A stretch of DNA of 60,508 bases from Rubrobacteraceae bacterium (GTDB lineage: Bacteria > Actinomycetota > Rubrobacteria > Rubrobacterales > Rubrobacteraceae), in contig DASSMB010000195.1 of the NCBI GenBank assembly GCA_035689095.1, positions 1 to 60,508 on the forward strand, read 5' to 3'. Made by a program: the position numbers and the translations under genes. The notes below the pieces were generated by a model that had not been told where the DNA came from, did not search any database, and was given only the letters and a program-made list of their open reading frames with translations. Every line of letters starts with the position of its first letter. Position 1 is the stretch's first letter. Shown here in pieces: positions 17,985 to 29,520 of this stretch.

Positions 17985-18105
17985 TGTCCGTCCTTTCCCC
18001 AAGACTGCCCGATACCCTGATTATCTTATAACAGGCCTACAGTAAACATGCAATGATACTGTCATATGGGTTGCGAAGGAGTATGAAATAGAGGTAGCCG
18101 GGGTT

Positions 18106-18735
18106 TTAGCCGCTCTCATCGTCGAGGGAGTACGCGGGGGCGTTGAAGTCCCACTTTATAGAGATCAGCCGCAGGATGAAGATGAGTGCCGCGGCCGCGG
18201 GGCCGGAGATCGCGGCGGAGACGCCGAGGGCGGTCAGCAGGACGTATGCGCCGGCTCCGGCGAGCGAGGCGGTGGCGTAGATGTCGCGGCGCAGGACCAT
18301 CGGTATCTCGGCGCACAGCACGTCGCGCAGCAGTCCCCCTGCCGCGCCGGTGATGGCGCCCATTATGACGACGATGAGGCTCGGGACTCCGGCCCTCTCG
18401 GCGATCTGGGCTCCGGCGACAGTAAAGAGCGCCAGCCCAAAGGCGTCCGCGACGAGCAGTGAGAGGCGGGGCGGCCGCTGGAAGCGCGTGTAGACGATGG
18501 TTGCCGCTGCCGCCAAGAGGATGACGACAAGGTAGTTGGGGTCTTCGATCCAGAATACCGGGTGACGGTCGAGGAGGACGTCCCGGATCGTACCGCCGCC
18601 GATGGCCGTTACGAGGGCGACGACTATCACCCCGAAGACGTCCATGCTCTTCCGGCCGGCGCTCAGGGCGCCGCTGACCGCGAAGACCGCGACCCCGAAG
18701 AAGTCCAGCGCGTGCAGTACGCTCGCCGGGCTCAC
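18106..18735 (-). CDS. UPF0126/TRIC-family membrane protein
   Basis: Two internal repeats, each ending in 'GGGTIRDVLL' / 'AAGGLLRDVL'. About 7 TM. Confidence 0.75.
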   Translation of the reverse strand: MSPASVLHALDFFGVAVFAVSGALSAGRKSMDVFGVIVVALVTAIGGGTIRDVLLDRHPVFWIEDPNYLVVILLAAAATIVYTRFQRPPRLSLLVADAFGLALFTVAGAQIAERAGVPSLIVVIMGAITGAAGGLLRDVLCAEIPMVLRRDIYATASLAGAGAYVLLTALGVSAAISGPAAAALIFILRLISIKWDFNAPAYSLDDESG

Positions 18736-18875
18736 CCGCTCTCTCCCGCGCCGGAGATCACGAATGAGTCCGCGCCCGCAGAAGAGGCACTTGCTTTACT
18801 ACGCGAAACATTACGATAATAGTTCAAGTGTACTAGGATAGATCAAGTCGCAGAGCTACGCGCGAAGCGGCGCGG

Positions 18876-19712
18876 GTGTTTTGGATGGGAGGCGGATTGG
18901 CGACTAACGGCGGGACGGTTGGGTTCTCCATAGGAGAGGTCTCGCAGGCGATAGGGCTCGCGCCGCAGACCCTGCGGCTGTGGGAGCGGGAGCGATTGAT
19001 CCACCCTCAGAGGACCGGACGAGGATACAGGGTCTACAGCGAAACAGACGTGGAGCGGCTGCGAAAGATAAAGCACCTCAGAAAGACGGAGGGCCTGAAC
19101 TTCGCCGCGATCCGCAAGCAGATCGGCACCGCCGAGACGCGAACCGCCCCTGACACGAAGCGCGGCGCGCGCAACTCCGCCACTCCCGGCGAACAACTCC
19201 GCAAGCTCCGCATCCGGGCGCACAAGACGCTAAAGGAGGTCTCAGAGGCGACGGGTCTCTCCATCTCGTTCATCTCCGCCCTGGAACGCGGGGGTTCCGG
19301 CGCGTCGGTGGCCTCGCTCCGGCTGCTGGCCGGGGCATACGGGGTGAGCATGCGCGAGGTCTTCGGAGCGGACCTGGAGCAGAACTCGCCGCTGGTCCGC
19401 AGCGACGAGCGGCCCGTGATGCAGTGGGACAACGGCGTGCGATTCGAGGAGATGGCCTCCGGCGAGAAGGTGATGGACCCATCATACATAAAGGTCCCGC
19501 CCGGCGGCGGCAGCGAGGGCTTCTACTCCCACAACGGAGAGGAGTTCATCTACATAATCTCCGGCACGCTGTTCGTGGAGCTGAAGGACCAGGGCTCATA
19601 CCACCTCACCCCCGGCGACACTCTCTACTTCCCATCCACCACCCCGCACCGCTGGTGGGCCGAGGACGAGCCCGTCGAGGCGATCTACGTGAACACCCCT
19701 CCGACTTTCTAG
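18876..19712 (+). CDS. three-domain regulator: MerR HTH + XRE HTH + cupin
   Basis: MerR 'FSIGEVSQAIGLAPQTLRLWERERLIHPQRTGRGYRVYSETDVERL'. XRE 'GEQLRKLRIRAHKTLKEVSEATGLSISFISALERG'. Cupin 'YSHNGEEFIYIISGTLFVEL..GDTLYFPSTTPHRW'. The exact start is uncertain. Confidence 0.75.
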   Translation: MFWMGGGLATNGGTVGFSIGEVSQAIGLAPQTLRLWERERLIHPQRTGRGYRVYSETDVERLRKIKHLRKTEGLNFAAIRKQIGTAETRTAPDTKRGARNSATPGEQLRKLRIRAHKTLKEVSEATGLSISFISALERGGSGASVASLRLLAGAYGVSMREVFGADLEQNSPLVRSDERPVMQWDNGVRFEEMASGEKVMDPSYIKVPPGGGSEGFYSHNGEEFIYIISGTLFVELKDQGSYHLTPGDTLYFPSTTPHRWWAEDEPVEAIYVNTPPTF

Positions 19713-19722
19713 CCGTTCTTAC

Positions 19723-21561
19723 GTGAGCATAGATCCGCACCTAGACGCGCTACTCTCGATGCCCGTCCTGTCGGGGCCGGTGGTCTCTCCGGACGGCCGC
19801 TGGGTCGCGTGGAACTGGTCCCGGCTCGGTCCGGCGACGGACGTCTTCGCCGCCCCGACCGACGGCTCCGCTCCCCCGCTCCGCATGACCGGGAGCCACG
19901 ACGATACGCAGGTGGTCTCCTGGACGCCGGACAGCCGGGCGGTGCTCGCGGCGCAGGACCACGACGGCGACGAGCGGGCGCGGCTCTTCCGGGTGGCGCT
20001 GGAGCATCCGGGTGTAATGGAGCCGCTCACGGAAGAGTCACCCGGCTACTACGTCCGGGGCGGGCAGACGCACCCGAACGGGCGCTGGCTAATCTATGGG
20101 GCGAACTTCGACGTGGAGACCGGAAAGGAGATAGAGCCTACCTGGGTCCTCCGCCACGACCTCAAGACCGGCGTGCGCCATACGCTGGCCCGGCCGGAGA
20201 GGAGCGCCTTCGCCGAGCCGCAACTAAGCAACTCCGGCGAGCACGTACTCTACCACCGGAGCGACATCCACCCCGAGGGCCGGCAGGTCTGGCTCGTGGA
20301 CATCGAGGGCCACGCGGACCGCGAGATCCTGAACTTCGGTTCCAGGACGAAGGTATCCGCCTCGTGGTTCCCGGACGGGCGGCGGATATTGTTCCTGGTC
20401 GAGGCGGAGACGCACCGGCGGATCGGCGTCTGGGACATGGACGGCGAGTCCACGCGCTGGCTCCTGGACGACCCGCAGCGCGGCATCGAATACGCTTTCG
20501 TCCCACCGAACGGCGGACCCGTCGTCGCGGTCGAGATGCGGGAGGCGAGGGTCCGGTCCTCCCTGCTAAATGCCGAGAGCGGCGAGGAGGCGCGGATGCC
20601 GGACCTCCCTGGCAACCTGATACCACTCGCTCCGGCGAATGATGGAGCCTGGATCTCCCTCCACTACAACTCCCGAAACCCGGTGGACCTGGTTCGCTAC
20701 TCATTGAAACCCGGTGAGAACCCGAGCAGCCTCACCCGCCTCTGGGAGCGAACATCTCTGGATCCTAAGAGCCTGGCTCCCGCCGAAGACTTCCGCTGGC
20801 GCTCGGTCGATGGCCTGGAGATACAGGGATGGCTGTACCGCGCCACGGGCCGGAGCATCGGGACAGTCGTGCTCGTCCACGGCGGTCCCACGAGTATCAG
20901 CGAGGACCGGTTCAATGCCCAGGTCCAGTACCTCGTCGGCCGCGGCTTCGACGTGCTGTCTCCCAACTACCGGGGCAGCATCGGGTTCGGACTGGAGTTC
21001 CAGGAGAAGATAAAAGAGGACGGCTGGGGAGGTCGGGAGCAGGAGGACATACGGACCGGCATCGAGGCCCTGATCTCCGCCGGAATAGCGGAGCCGTATA
21101 GGGTCGGCGTTACGGGCACGTCCTACGGCGGATATTCGGCGTGGTGGGCGATCACTCACTACCCGCCCGAGACCACCGCCGCCGCGGCCCCCATCTGTGG
21201 CATGACCGACCTCACCGTGGACTACCACACCACCCGCCCGGACCTCCGCCCCTACAGCGAAGAGATGATGGGCGGCACTCCCGAAGACATCCCCGAGCGT
21301 TACACGGAGCGTTCCCCCATCAACTTCATCCAGAACGTCCGCGGCAGTCTACTCATAGTCCAGGGTCTGAAAGACCCGAACGTAACGCCCGAGAACGTAC
21401 AGGTAGTCGTCGAAGAGCTGGACCGCCGGCGCATCCCCTACGAGCTACTCACCTTCGAGGATGAGGGCCACGGCATCTCCCGCCCGGATAACCTGAAAGT
21501 CCTCTATCCGCGGCTGGCGGATTTCTTCGAGGAGGCTTTCCTGGAGGATCGGCGCAGATAG
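19723..21561 (+). CDS. S9 prolyl-oligopeptidase-family serine peptidase
   Basis: N-terminal propeller ('SPDGRWVAW', 'WFPDGRRILF'), nucleophile elbow 'GTSYGGYSA', C-terminal 'FEDEGHG'. Confidence 0.85.
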   Translation: MSIDPHLDALLSMPVLSGPVVSPDGRWVAWNWSRLGPATDVFAAPTDGSAPPLRMTGSHDDTQVVSWTPDSRAVLAAQDHDGDERARLFRVALEHPGVMEPLTEESPGYYVRGGQTHPNGRWLIYGANFDVETGKEIEPTWVLRHDLKTGVRHTLARPERSAFAEPQLSNSGEHVLYHRSDIHPEGRQVWLVDIEGHADREILNFGSRTKVSASWFPDGRRILFLVEAETHRRIGVWDMDGESTRWLLDDPQRGIEYAFVPPNGGPVVAVEMREARVRSSLLNAESGEEARMPDLPGNLIPLAPANDGAWISLHYNSRNPVDLVRYSLKPGENPSSLTRLWERTSLDPKSLAPAEDFRWRSVDGLEIQGWLYRATGRSIGTVVLVHGGPTSISEDRFNAQVQYLVGRGFDVLSPNYRGSIGFGLEFQEKIKEDGWGGREQEDIRTGIEALISAGIAEPYRVGVTGTSYGGYSAWWAITHYPPETTAAAAPICGMTDLTVDYHTTRPDLRPYSEEMMGGTPEDIPERYTERSPINFIQNVRGSLLIVQGLKDPNVTPENVQVVVEELDRRRIPYELLTFEDEGHGISRPDNLKVLYPRLADFFEEAFLEDRRR

Positions 21562-21666
21562 CTCAGTCGTTGCGGGGGCGCGGCCGGGATACCCGGCGCA
21601 GCAGAGTACCATTCGAGATCCCTCTCGTTCTCGGAAGCCTGGCAGAGTCTGGCCTCCAACCAAGCG

Positions 21667-22362
21667 TTACGTATCCCGGCTCAGCCTGCGTGGACCGCGC
21701 TCCGAACGCCCCGAGCGTCCCGAACGCTCCGAGCGGCCTCCCGAACCGGCGACCATCAGCGCCGAGACCGCCGCTATCCACACCAGCCCTGCCAGAGCGC
21801 CGAGCAGGGGGACCAGGAAGTGCAGGAGCGCCAGCAGCGCGACCACGAAGCCCGCGAGAGCCAGCCACCTCGGCAAGACACCTGTCTCTAGCGCGAGCAG
21901 GGAGGTCGCACTCACCAGCACCGCCGTACCCACCTGGCAGAGGTGGTACAGCCAGGCGGAGAGCGTCAGCGACGCGAGCATGAGCCGCGTATCTTGCCCG
22001 AAACCCTCGAAGCGGAGCAGGGTGGCCGGGTAGAGTACCTCTGCCGCGAACCCCGCGCTCGCGAGCGTCGCGAACATGACTCCTCCGGCCAGCGCGGCCG
22101 ACGAGAGACCTCCCGCTTCGCCCTCGGCGCGCCGCAGCATCCCGTGCAGTATCCCGAGGAACCAGACGAAAAAGAAAACGTGGAAGAGCGGGAACACGCC
22201 GTTCCACAACACGAAGGCGCCGATCCCCTCGTCAAAGTATGAGGCCGCTTCCGAGAGGGAGCCGGGTGCGTCAGGGTACCCGACGATGTAGGCGGGTATC
22301 ATGAGGATCACCGACAACAGGCCGCAGATGCCGCCCAACCTTACCAGGTTACCGCCCGCCAT
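21667..22362 (-). CDS. hypothetical polytopic membrane protein with Arg/Ser-rich repeat tail
   Basis: 6-7 hydrophobic helices. The C-terminal 'GGRSERSGRSGRSERG' is encoded by a degenerate 9/18-bp tandem repeat at about 21699-21745. Confidence 0.55.
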   Translation of the reverse strand: MAGGNLVRLGGICGLLSVILMIPAYIVGYPDAPGSLSEAASYFDEGIGAFVLWNGVFPLFHVFFFVWFLGILHGMLRRAEGEAGGLSSAALAGGVMFATLASAGFAAEVLYPATLLRFEGFGQDTRLMLASLTLSAWLYHLCQVGTAVLVSATSLLALETGVLPRWLALAGFVVALLALLHFLVPLLGALAGLVWIAAVSALMVAGSGGRSERSGRSGRSERGPRRLSRDT

Positions 22363-22618
22363 CTCGACCTCCCATGCTCGACACCAAAACCATCAAACGC
22401 GAAGCCTAGTATGGGTCATGTCTGCGACAATCGCTACTCGACCCGTAAACGACCTCCGCCAGCCCTCAGATCCTCCCAGGCCATTCAATACCAACCTGCC
22501 CTGTAATGCCTCGCTATACTTATTCTGTCTTTTATCTTGTCTTGACTCTATTACAGTAACTGTGTATCGTTCGTGCAATGCGTTACATTGACCGGCGCAG
22601 GCCGGAGGAGGAGACAAC

Positions 22619-23983
22619 ATGGACGTAATGCGGGGTCTCGGCGAGCACGGTGAGAGCGGATCTCTGGCGGGAGTGGACAACCTCCTGCTCCACTTCACGC
22701 CGTTTGCGGAGGACTGGTCGAAGCTGCCGGTGATCGTCTCGGGCGACGGCTGCTACATTACGGACGACCGGGGCAACCGCTACGTGGACGGTCTCGCGGG
22801 CCTGTTCACGACGCAGGTCGGGCACGGGCGGACGGAGCTCGCGGAGGCGGCCTACAACCAGATGAAGGAGTTAGGCTTCTTCCCGAACTGGAGCTTCCAG
22901 CACCCCAGAAGCCTGGAGCTGGCGGACAAGCTGGCGCGGATAGCGCCGGGGGATCTCTCCTCCACGTTCTTCGTGTCTTCGGGGTCGGAGGCGGTGGAGA
23001 CGGTCATCAAGCTCTCCCGGCAGTACCACCACGCCAACGGGGAGCCGACGCGCTACAAGGTTATATCCCGCAAGATCGCCTACCACGGCACCACGATGGG
23101 CGCGCTCTCGGTGACGGGGCTGCCGAGCTTCAAGGCCCCGTTCGAGCCGCTCTTGCAGGGCTTCCACCACGTACCCAACACGCAGCAGGACCCGGAGGGC
23201 GCGGCGGACGCTATAGAAGAGGCGATAGAGTTCGCCTCTCCCGAGACCGTCGCTGCGGTGATCCTGGAGCCGGTCCAGAATGCTGGCGGGTGTCTGGTGC
23301 CGCCGCCGGATTACTGGAAGCGGGTGCGTGAGATCTGTGACCGCCACGGAGTTCTTCTGGTCTCGGACGCGGTGATCTGCGCGTTCGGGAGGCTCGGGGA
23401 GTGGTTCGGAATAGAGCGCTTCGACGTGGTGCCGGACATGACCAGCTTCGCCAAGGGCGTGACGAGCGGGTACTCGCCGATGGGCGGGGTGATGGTGAGC
23501 GAGAGGATCCAGAACGCCCTGCGCTCTCACGAGCCCATGTTCATGCACGGCTCGACCTTCGGGGGGCACCCGGTATCGAGCGCGGTGGCGCTGGAGAACA
23601 TAAAGATCATCGAACGCGAGAAGCTCCTGGAGAACGTGCGCAACCTCGAAGGTCACTTCGGGGACGAGCTGAGGCGGATGGCCGAGGGTCATCCCATCGT
23701 GCAGGAGGTCCGGGGGATGGGGTTCTTCTGGGCGGTGGAGCTGAAGCCGGAGCGGGCCGATGGCACGCCGCTCGAAGGCGAGGAGTACCAGAAGTACTTC
23801 AAGGGCGTGCTCTCGCGGAGGCTGGTCGAGAACGGGCTCATCTGCCGGTTCGACGACAAGGAGGACCCGGTCATTCAGTACTCCCCGGCGCTCATCGCCG
23901 ACAGGGAGGTCCTCTCGAAGATCGCGGAGATCACCGACGACGCCCTGAGCGAGCTGGAACGAGAGCTGGGCTACCGGGGATAG
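22619..23983 (+). CDS. class-III aminotransferase (putrescine/omega-amino acid transaminase-like)
   Basis: 'SGSEAVE', 'DAVICAFGRLGEWFG', 'SFAKGVTSGYSPMG'. GGAGGAGG RBS before ATG 22619. Confidence 0.85.
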   Translation: MDVMRGLGEHGESGSLAGVDNLLLHFTPFAEDWSKLPVIVSGDGCYITDDRGNRYVDGLAGLFTTQVGHGRTELAEAAYNQMKELGFFPNWSFQHPRSLELADKLARIAPGDLSSTFFVSSGSEAVETVIKLSRQYHHANGEPTRYKVISRKIAYHGTTMGALSVTGLPSFKAPFEPLLQGFHHVPNTQQDPEGAADAIEEAIEFASPETVAAVILEPVQNAGGCLVPPPDYWKRVREICDRHGVLLVSDAVICAFGRLGEWFGIERFDVVPDMTSFAKGVTSGYSPMGGVMVSERIQNALRSHEPMFMHGSTFGGHPVSSAVALENIKIIEREKLLENVRNLEGHFGDELRRMAEGHPIVQEVRGMGFFWAVELKPERADGTPLEGEEYQKYFKGVLSRRLVENGLICRFDDKEDPVIQYSPALIADREVLSKIAEITDDALSELERELGYRG

Positions 23984-25328
<1,345 letters not shown>

Positions 25329-25450
25329 GGATGGCATGAGGGCGAGGCGGACTGCTCGGCTGGGTCCCTTGTAGAGTTCTGTGCGTATACGGAATCGAGA
25401 CGCTCAAGTAACAGAGTCGCGGCAGGTTCGTAGGAAACAGGAGGCAACGG

Positions 25451-26593
25451 GTGGAAGATAGAAAAACGACACACCGGCAGACGCCGCCCGCGGGTTCGCC
25501 GGAGGCCGGGCGCGGGGTGGCGGTCAGGTTGGCGGGCGTAACCAAGAACTTCGGGGAGTTCGTGGCGGTGGACGACCTCACGCTCGACATCTACGAGGGC
25601 GAGTTCTTCTCGTTGCTCGGACCGAGCGGCTGCGGCAAGACCACGACGCTGCGCATGATCGCCGGCTTCGAGGAGCCCTCACGAGGAGAGATCTCCGTCG
25701 CCGGGGAGCAGGTGCAGGGCGTCCCCCCGTACAGGAGGCCCGTCAATACCGTCTTCCAGTCCTACGCCATCTTCCCTCACTTAAACGTCTTCGACAACGT
25801 CGCCTTCGGTCTCCGGCGGGCCGGCGTAAAGGGCGATGAGTTACGCAATCGGGTCATGGAAGCGTGCGAGATGGTGCAACTCCAGGGTTTCGAGAAGCGC
25901 CAGCCGAACATGCTCTCCGGCGGCCAGCAGCAGCGCGTCGCCCTGGCGCGGGCGCTCGTCAACCGTCCGAAGGTGCTGCTCCTGGATGAGCCGCTCGGCG
26001 CACTGGACCTGAAGCTCAGGAAAGAGCTACAGCTAGAGTTGCGTACCCTGCAAGAGGAAGTCGGGATCACGTTCGTCTACGTCACCCACGACCAGGAGGA
26101 AGCGCTCACGATGAGCGACCGGATCGCGGTGATGGATGGCGGGAAGGTCCAGCAGGTCGCCAACCCCGCCACCCTCTACGAGTTGCCGCGCAACCGCTTC
26201 GTCGCCGGCTTTATCGGCCAGACGAACGTGCTCTCCGGCGCCGTCGAGACCGTAAACGGCGAGCGGGTAACGATCCGGGCCGGCGGCGCGAGCGGCGCGG
26301 AGATAGAGGCGGTCGCCCACGAGGAGGCCAGGGTGGAGCCGGGCGGCGAAGCGCACGTGGCGGTTCGGCCGGAGAAGCTCCGCTTCGGGGACTCGGGAGA
26401 CAACGTGCTCTCCGCGGAGGTAGTACAGATCGTTTACCTGGGAGCGAGCACCCAGTACATCATGAAGCTCGCAAACGGAGGGAGGCTGGTCCTGTACCAG
26501 CAGAACTCTCACGACGCGGCGGTGGGCGCGGTCGTGGGCGATGAGGTGCTGGTGTCCTGTGACGCCGCCAACTGCTTAGTGCTAGGAGGCTAG
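25451..26593 (+). CDS. potA: spermidine/putrescine ABC transporter ATPase
   Basis: Walker A 'GPSGCGKTT', signature '[15 protein letters not shown]', Walker B 'LLLDEP', and a C-terminal TOBE-like domain. Confidence 0.9.
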   Translation: MEDRKTTHRQTPPAGSPEAGRGVAVRLAGVTKNFGEFVAVDDLTLDIYEGEFFSLLGPSGCGKTTTLRMIAGFEEPSRGEISVAGEQVQGVPPYRRPVNTVFQSYAIFPHLNVFDNVAFGLRRAGVKGDELRNRVMEACEMVQLQGFEKRQPNMLSGGQQQRVALARALVNRPKVLLLDEPLGALDLKLRKELQLELRTLQEEVGITFVYVTHDQEEALTMSDRIAVMDGGKVQQVANPATLYELPRNRFVAGFIGQTNVLSGAVETVNGERVTIRAGGASGAEIEAVAHEEARVEPGGEAHVAVRPEKLRFGDSGDNVLSAEVVQIVYLGASTQYIMKLANGGRLVLYQQNSHDAAVGAVVGDEVLVSCDAANCLVLGG

Positions 26594-26595
26594 AC

Positions 26596-27711
26596 GTGGA
26601 GCGCAACACGAGCATTACCAGGGGCAGGTTCCTGAAGGTCATGGGCGCCGGGGCTGTGGCCGGCACGACGCTCTCGGTGCTGGCGTGCCAGCCGAACACC
26701 AACGCCCAGAGCAGCGGGGGCGGTGGAGACGGCGGCGGAGGGAAACCGAAGAAGATCAACCTCTACAACTGGTCGGACTACGTCGCCAAGAGCACGCTAC
26801 CGGGGTTCGAGAAGAAGACCGGCATCAAGGTGCAGCAGGACTTCTACGGCTCGAACGAGGAGCTGCTGGCGAAGCTGCAGGCCGGAGGCACGGGCTATGA
26901 CGTGATAGTGCCCTCGGACTACATGGTCTCGATCATGCGCAAGTCCGAAGTCATCGAAAAGCTGGACAAGTCCAAGATCCCGAACTTCAAGAACCTCGAC
27001 CCGGACTTCAAGGGCCTCCCCTACGACCCGAACAACGACTACTCCATGACCTACCAGTGGGGCACCACCGGCATCCTCTACGACCCGGAAGTCGTCGAGG
27101 AAGAAGTAACCGGCTGGGACGCGATGTGGGACGAGAAGTACTCCGGCAAGATCGGGATGCTAAACGACGTCCGCGAGACGTTCGGGGCCTCGCTCAAGCG
27201 TCTCGGATACTCGCTCAACTCCACCGACAAGGGCGAGCTGGACGAGGCCCAGTCCGAGCTGGAGAAGCAGAAGCCGCTGTTGCGCGGGTACTTCGGCTCC
27301 CCGGAGGGCGGGGACCTGGTCGTCGGCGGCGACCTGGCGCTGGCGCACGTCTTCTCGGGCGACGGGTTTTCCGCGATAGCCGAGAACGACAAGCTCGTCT
27401 ACATCATCCCCGACCAGGGCGCGACCCGCTGGACGGACAACATGGCGATCCCCAAGGGCGCGCCCAACCCGGACGTCGGCCACCAGTTCATCAACTACAT
27501 CCTGGACCCGAAGGTCGGCGCTGACCTCTCCAACTACACCTACTACGGATGCCCGAACAAGGCATCTATGCCGATGATCGACAAGGCGGCCAAGAACGAC
27601 CCGGCGATCTACCCGCCGCCGAAGGTCTTCGAGCGGCTGGAGGTCATAAAGGACCTGGGCTCGGCCACCAAGGACTACGAGCGCCGCTTCACCGAAGTAA
27701 AGAGCGGCTAG
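26596..27711 (+). CDS. potD: polyamine-binding periplasmic/lipoprotein component
   Basis: Leader 'TRGRFLKVMGAGAVAGTTLSVLAC' (twin-Arg-like plus lipobox), 'LYNWSDYV', 'YDVIVPSDYM'. Confidence 0.85.
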   Translation: MERNTSITRGRFLKVMGAGAVAGTTLSVLACQPNTNAQSSGGGGDGGGGKPKKINLYNWSDYVAKSTLPGFEKKTGIKVQQDFYGSNEELLAKLQAGGTGYDVIVPSDYMVSIMRKSEVIEKLDKSKIPNFKNLDPDFKGLPYDPNNDYSMTYQWGTTGILYDPEVVEEEVTGWDAMWDEKYSGKIGMLNDVRETFGASLKRLGYSLNSTDKGELDEAQSELEKQKPLLRGYFGSPEGGDLVVGGDLALAHVFSGDGFSAIAENDKLVYIIPDQGATRWTDNMAIPKGAPNPDVGHQFINYILDPKVGADLSNYTYYGCPNKASMPMIDKAAKNDPAIYPPPKVFERLEVIKDLGSATKDYERRFTEVKSG

Positions 27712-27712
27712 G

Positions 27713-28576
27713 ATGCGCGGCCGGAAAGGAGGCTGGTCCCTGGGGCTGGCGGGGTTGCTCGCGCCGGTGACGTTGTGGCTCGGGTTGTTCTTCCTGGTGC
27801 CGCTACTGTTGATCCTGGCGTACTCATTCGGGACCAGCGGGCCTTACGGCGGGATCACGCTCGGCTTCAACCCCGGCAACTACCTCAACGTCTTCGACCC
27901 GCTGTATCTGCAGATCGTGGGCCGCACCTTCGTCATCGCGGCGATCAACACGCTCATCTGCCTGCTTCTCGGCTACCCGCTGGCGTACTTCATCGCCTTC
28001 AAGGGCCGCAGACGGCGGACGATGCTCATACTAATGGTCATGGTCCCGTTCTGGACTAGCTTCCTGATCCGGGCCTACGCCTGGGTCGTTATCCTGAACG
28101 GCAACGGCATCGCCAACAAGACGCTCCAGTTCCTCGGCATCACCGACGGCCCGATCAACCTCATCTTCACCCCCGGAGCCGTGACGCTCGGGATGGCCTA
28201 CGCCTACCTGCCGTTCATGATCCTGCCTCTGTACGCCGCCCTGGAGAAGTTCGACGTGCGCCTCAAAGAAGCCGCCCAGGACCTCGGGGCGAGCCGGTGG
28301 CACACGTTCTGGCGGGTAACGTTCCCCCTGAGCATGCCTGGCGTGATCGCGGGCAGCATCCTCGTCTTTATCCCGTCGGCGGGGGAGTTCGTGATACCGG
28401 ACCTGCTCGGCGGCTCCCGCACGGTGCTGATGGGCAACCTCGTGCAGCAGCAGTTCCTCCAGGCCCGCGACTGGGCGTTCGGGAGCGCCCTGGCGATGAT
28501 CCTCGCGGCGCTCCTGCTCGTCGCCATCATGTTCTACGTCCGTAAGGTCGGCACCGAAAAGCTGGAGGGGGTGTAG
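27713..28576 (+). CDS. potB: polyamine ABC transporter permease
   Basis: 6 TM. EAA loop 'EAAQDLGASRWHTFWRVTFPL'. Confidence 0.85.
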   Translation: MRGRKGGWSLGLAGLLAPVTLWLGLFFLVPLLLILAYSFGTSGPYGGITLGFNPGNYLNVFDPLYLQIVGRTFVIAAINTLICLLLGYPLAYFIAFKGRRRRTMLILMVMVPFWTSFLIRAYAWVVILNGNGIANKTLQFLGITDGPINLIFTPGAVTLGMAYAYLPFMILPLYAALEKFDVRLKEAAQDLGASRWHTFWRVTFPLSMPGVIAGSILVFIPSAGEFVIPDLLGGSRTVLMGNLVQQQFLQARDWAFGSALAMILAALLLVAIMFYVRKVGTEKLEGV

Positions 28577-28577
28577 G

Positions 28578-29417
28578 ATGGCGGCTGTCAGGGGCGGGCC
28601 GGTGTACAAGGGGATGGGCAAGCTACCCGACCGGGCATTGCTCGTGCTATCGGTGTTCATCTACCTCTTCCTCTACGCGCCCATCGCAATCGTCATCTTC
28701 TTCTCGTTCAACGACGCCAAGAGCACCCAGAACTGGGCCGGGTTCTCGACCCGGTGGTACGGGGAGTTGATCCGGGACCAGACCGTCCTGGATGCCTTCT
28801 ACAACTCCATGATCGTCGGCGTAACGGCGACGGCGATAGCCACCGTGATCGGGACGCTGACGGCTCTCGCGCTCTCGCGCAACGACTTCCGGGGCAAGAC
28901 GTTCGCCGACTCGGCGATCTACGCCGCGACCGTGATGCCGGAGATCGTGGTCGGCGTGAGCCTGCTGGTCTTCTTCGTCGCCGCCCAGATAGGCCTGGGG
29001 ATCACGACGATCATCATCGCTCACGTCGCGTTTACCATCTCGTTCGTCACGATAGTGGTGCGGGCGCGTCTCTCGGGGATGGACCGGTCCATCGAGGAGG
29101 CGGCGCAGGACCTGGGGGCCAGCCCGGTCCAGACGTTCCTGCGGGTGACGCTGCCGCTGATACTGCCGGGGGTGATGGCGGGGGCGCTCCTGGCGTTCAC
29201 GCTCTCGTTCGATGACTTCGTGATCACGTTCTTCGTCTCCGGCGTCGGGTCGAGCACGCTGCCGCTGAAGATCTACTCGATGCTCAAGTTCGGCGTCACC
29301 CCGGTCATCAACGCCCTCTCTACCATCGTGGTGTTCACGACGCTCGTCATCATCCTGGGCGCCGGGCGCTTCTTCGCCGGTGGCGACGATCTGAAGAACG
29401 CCAGGAAGGATTCGTAA
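28578..29417 (+). CDS. potC: polyamine ABC transporter permease
   Basis: 6 TM. EAA loop 'EAAQDLGASPVQTFLRVTLPL'. Confidence 0.85.
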   Translation: MAAVRGGPVYKGMGKLPDRALLVLSVFIYLFLYAPIAIVIFFSFNDAKSTQNWAGFSTRWYGELIRDQTVLDAFYNSMIVGVTATAIATVIGTLTALALSRNDFRGKTFADSAIYAATVMPEIVVGVSLLVFFVAAQIGLGITTIIIAHVAFTISFVTIVVRARLSGMDRSIEEAAQDLGASPVQTFLRVTLPLILPGVMAGALLAFTLSFDDFVITFFVSGVGSSTLPLKIYSMLKFGVTPVINALSTIVVFTTLVIILGAGRFFAGGDDLKNARKDS

Positions 29418-29520
29418 GTAGTGATGAAGAATGGTCTCCTGCCGGTCATCAACCCGGCTGCGAAGGAGCGGTGTCATCCCTGCGGCAAAGGCAATGATCC
29501 AGGAAAGAGGGTGATGTAGC

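Noticed and set aside
16743-18020. 425-aa plus-strand ORF antisense to alanine dehydrogenase.
   Set aside because: Same high-GC artefact pattern. The ald reading frame on the minus strand is unambiguous.
18003-18105. Imperfect palindrome (tgatactgtca region) upstream of ald as an Lrp/AldR-type operator.
   Set aside because: Only 8 of 11 positions are symmetric. This is too weak to call without comparative data.
28031-29477. Two minus-strand ORFs (209 and 276 aa) antisense to potB/potC.
   Set aside because: Highly charged Arg/Asp/Glu/His-rich translations. The plus strand encodes canonical permeases with EAA loops.
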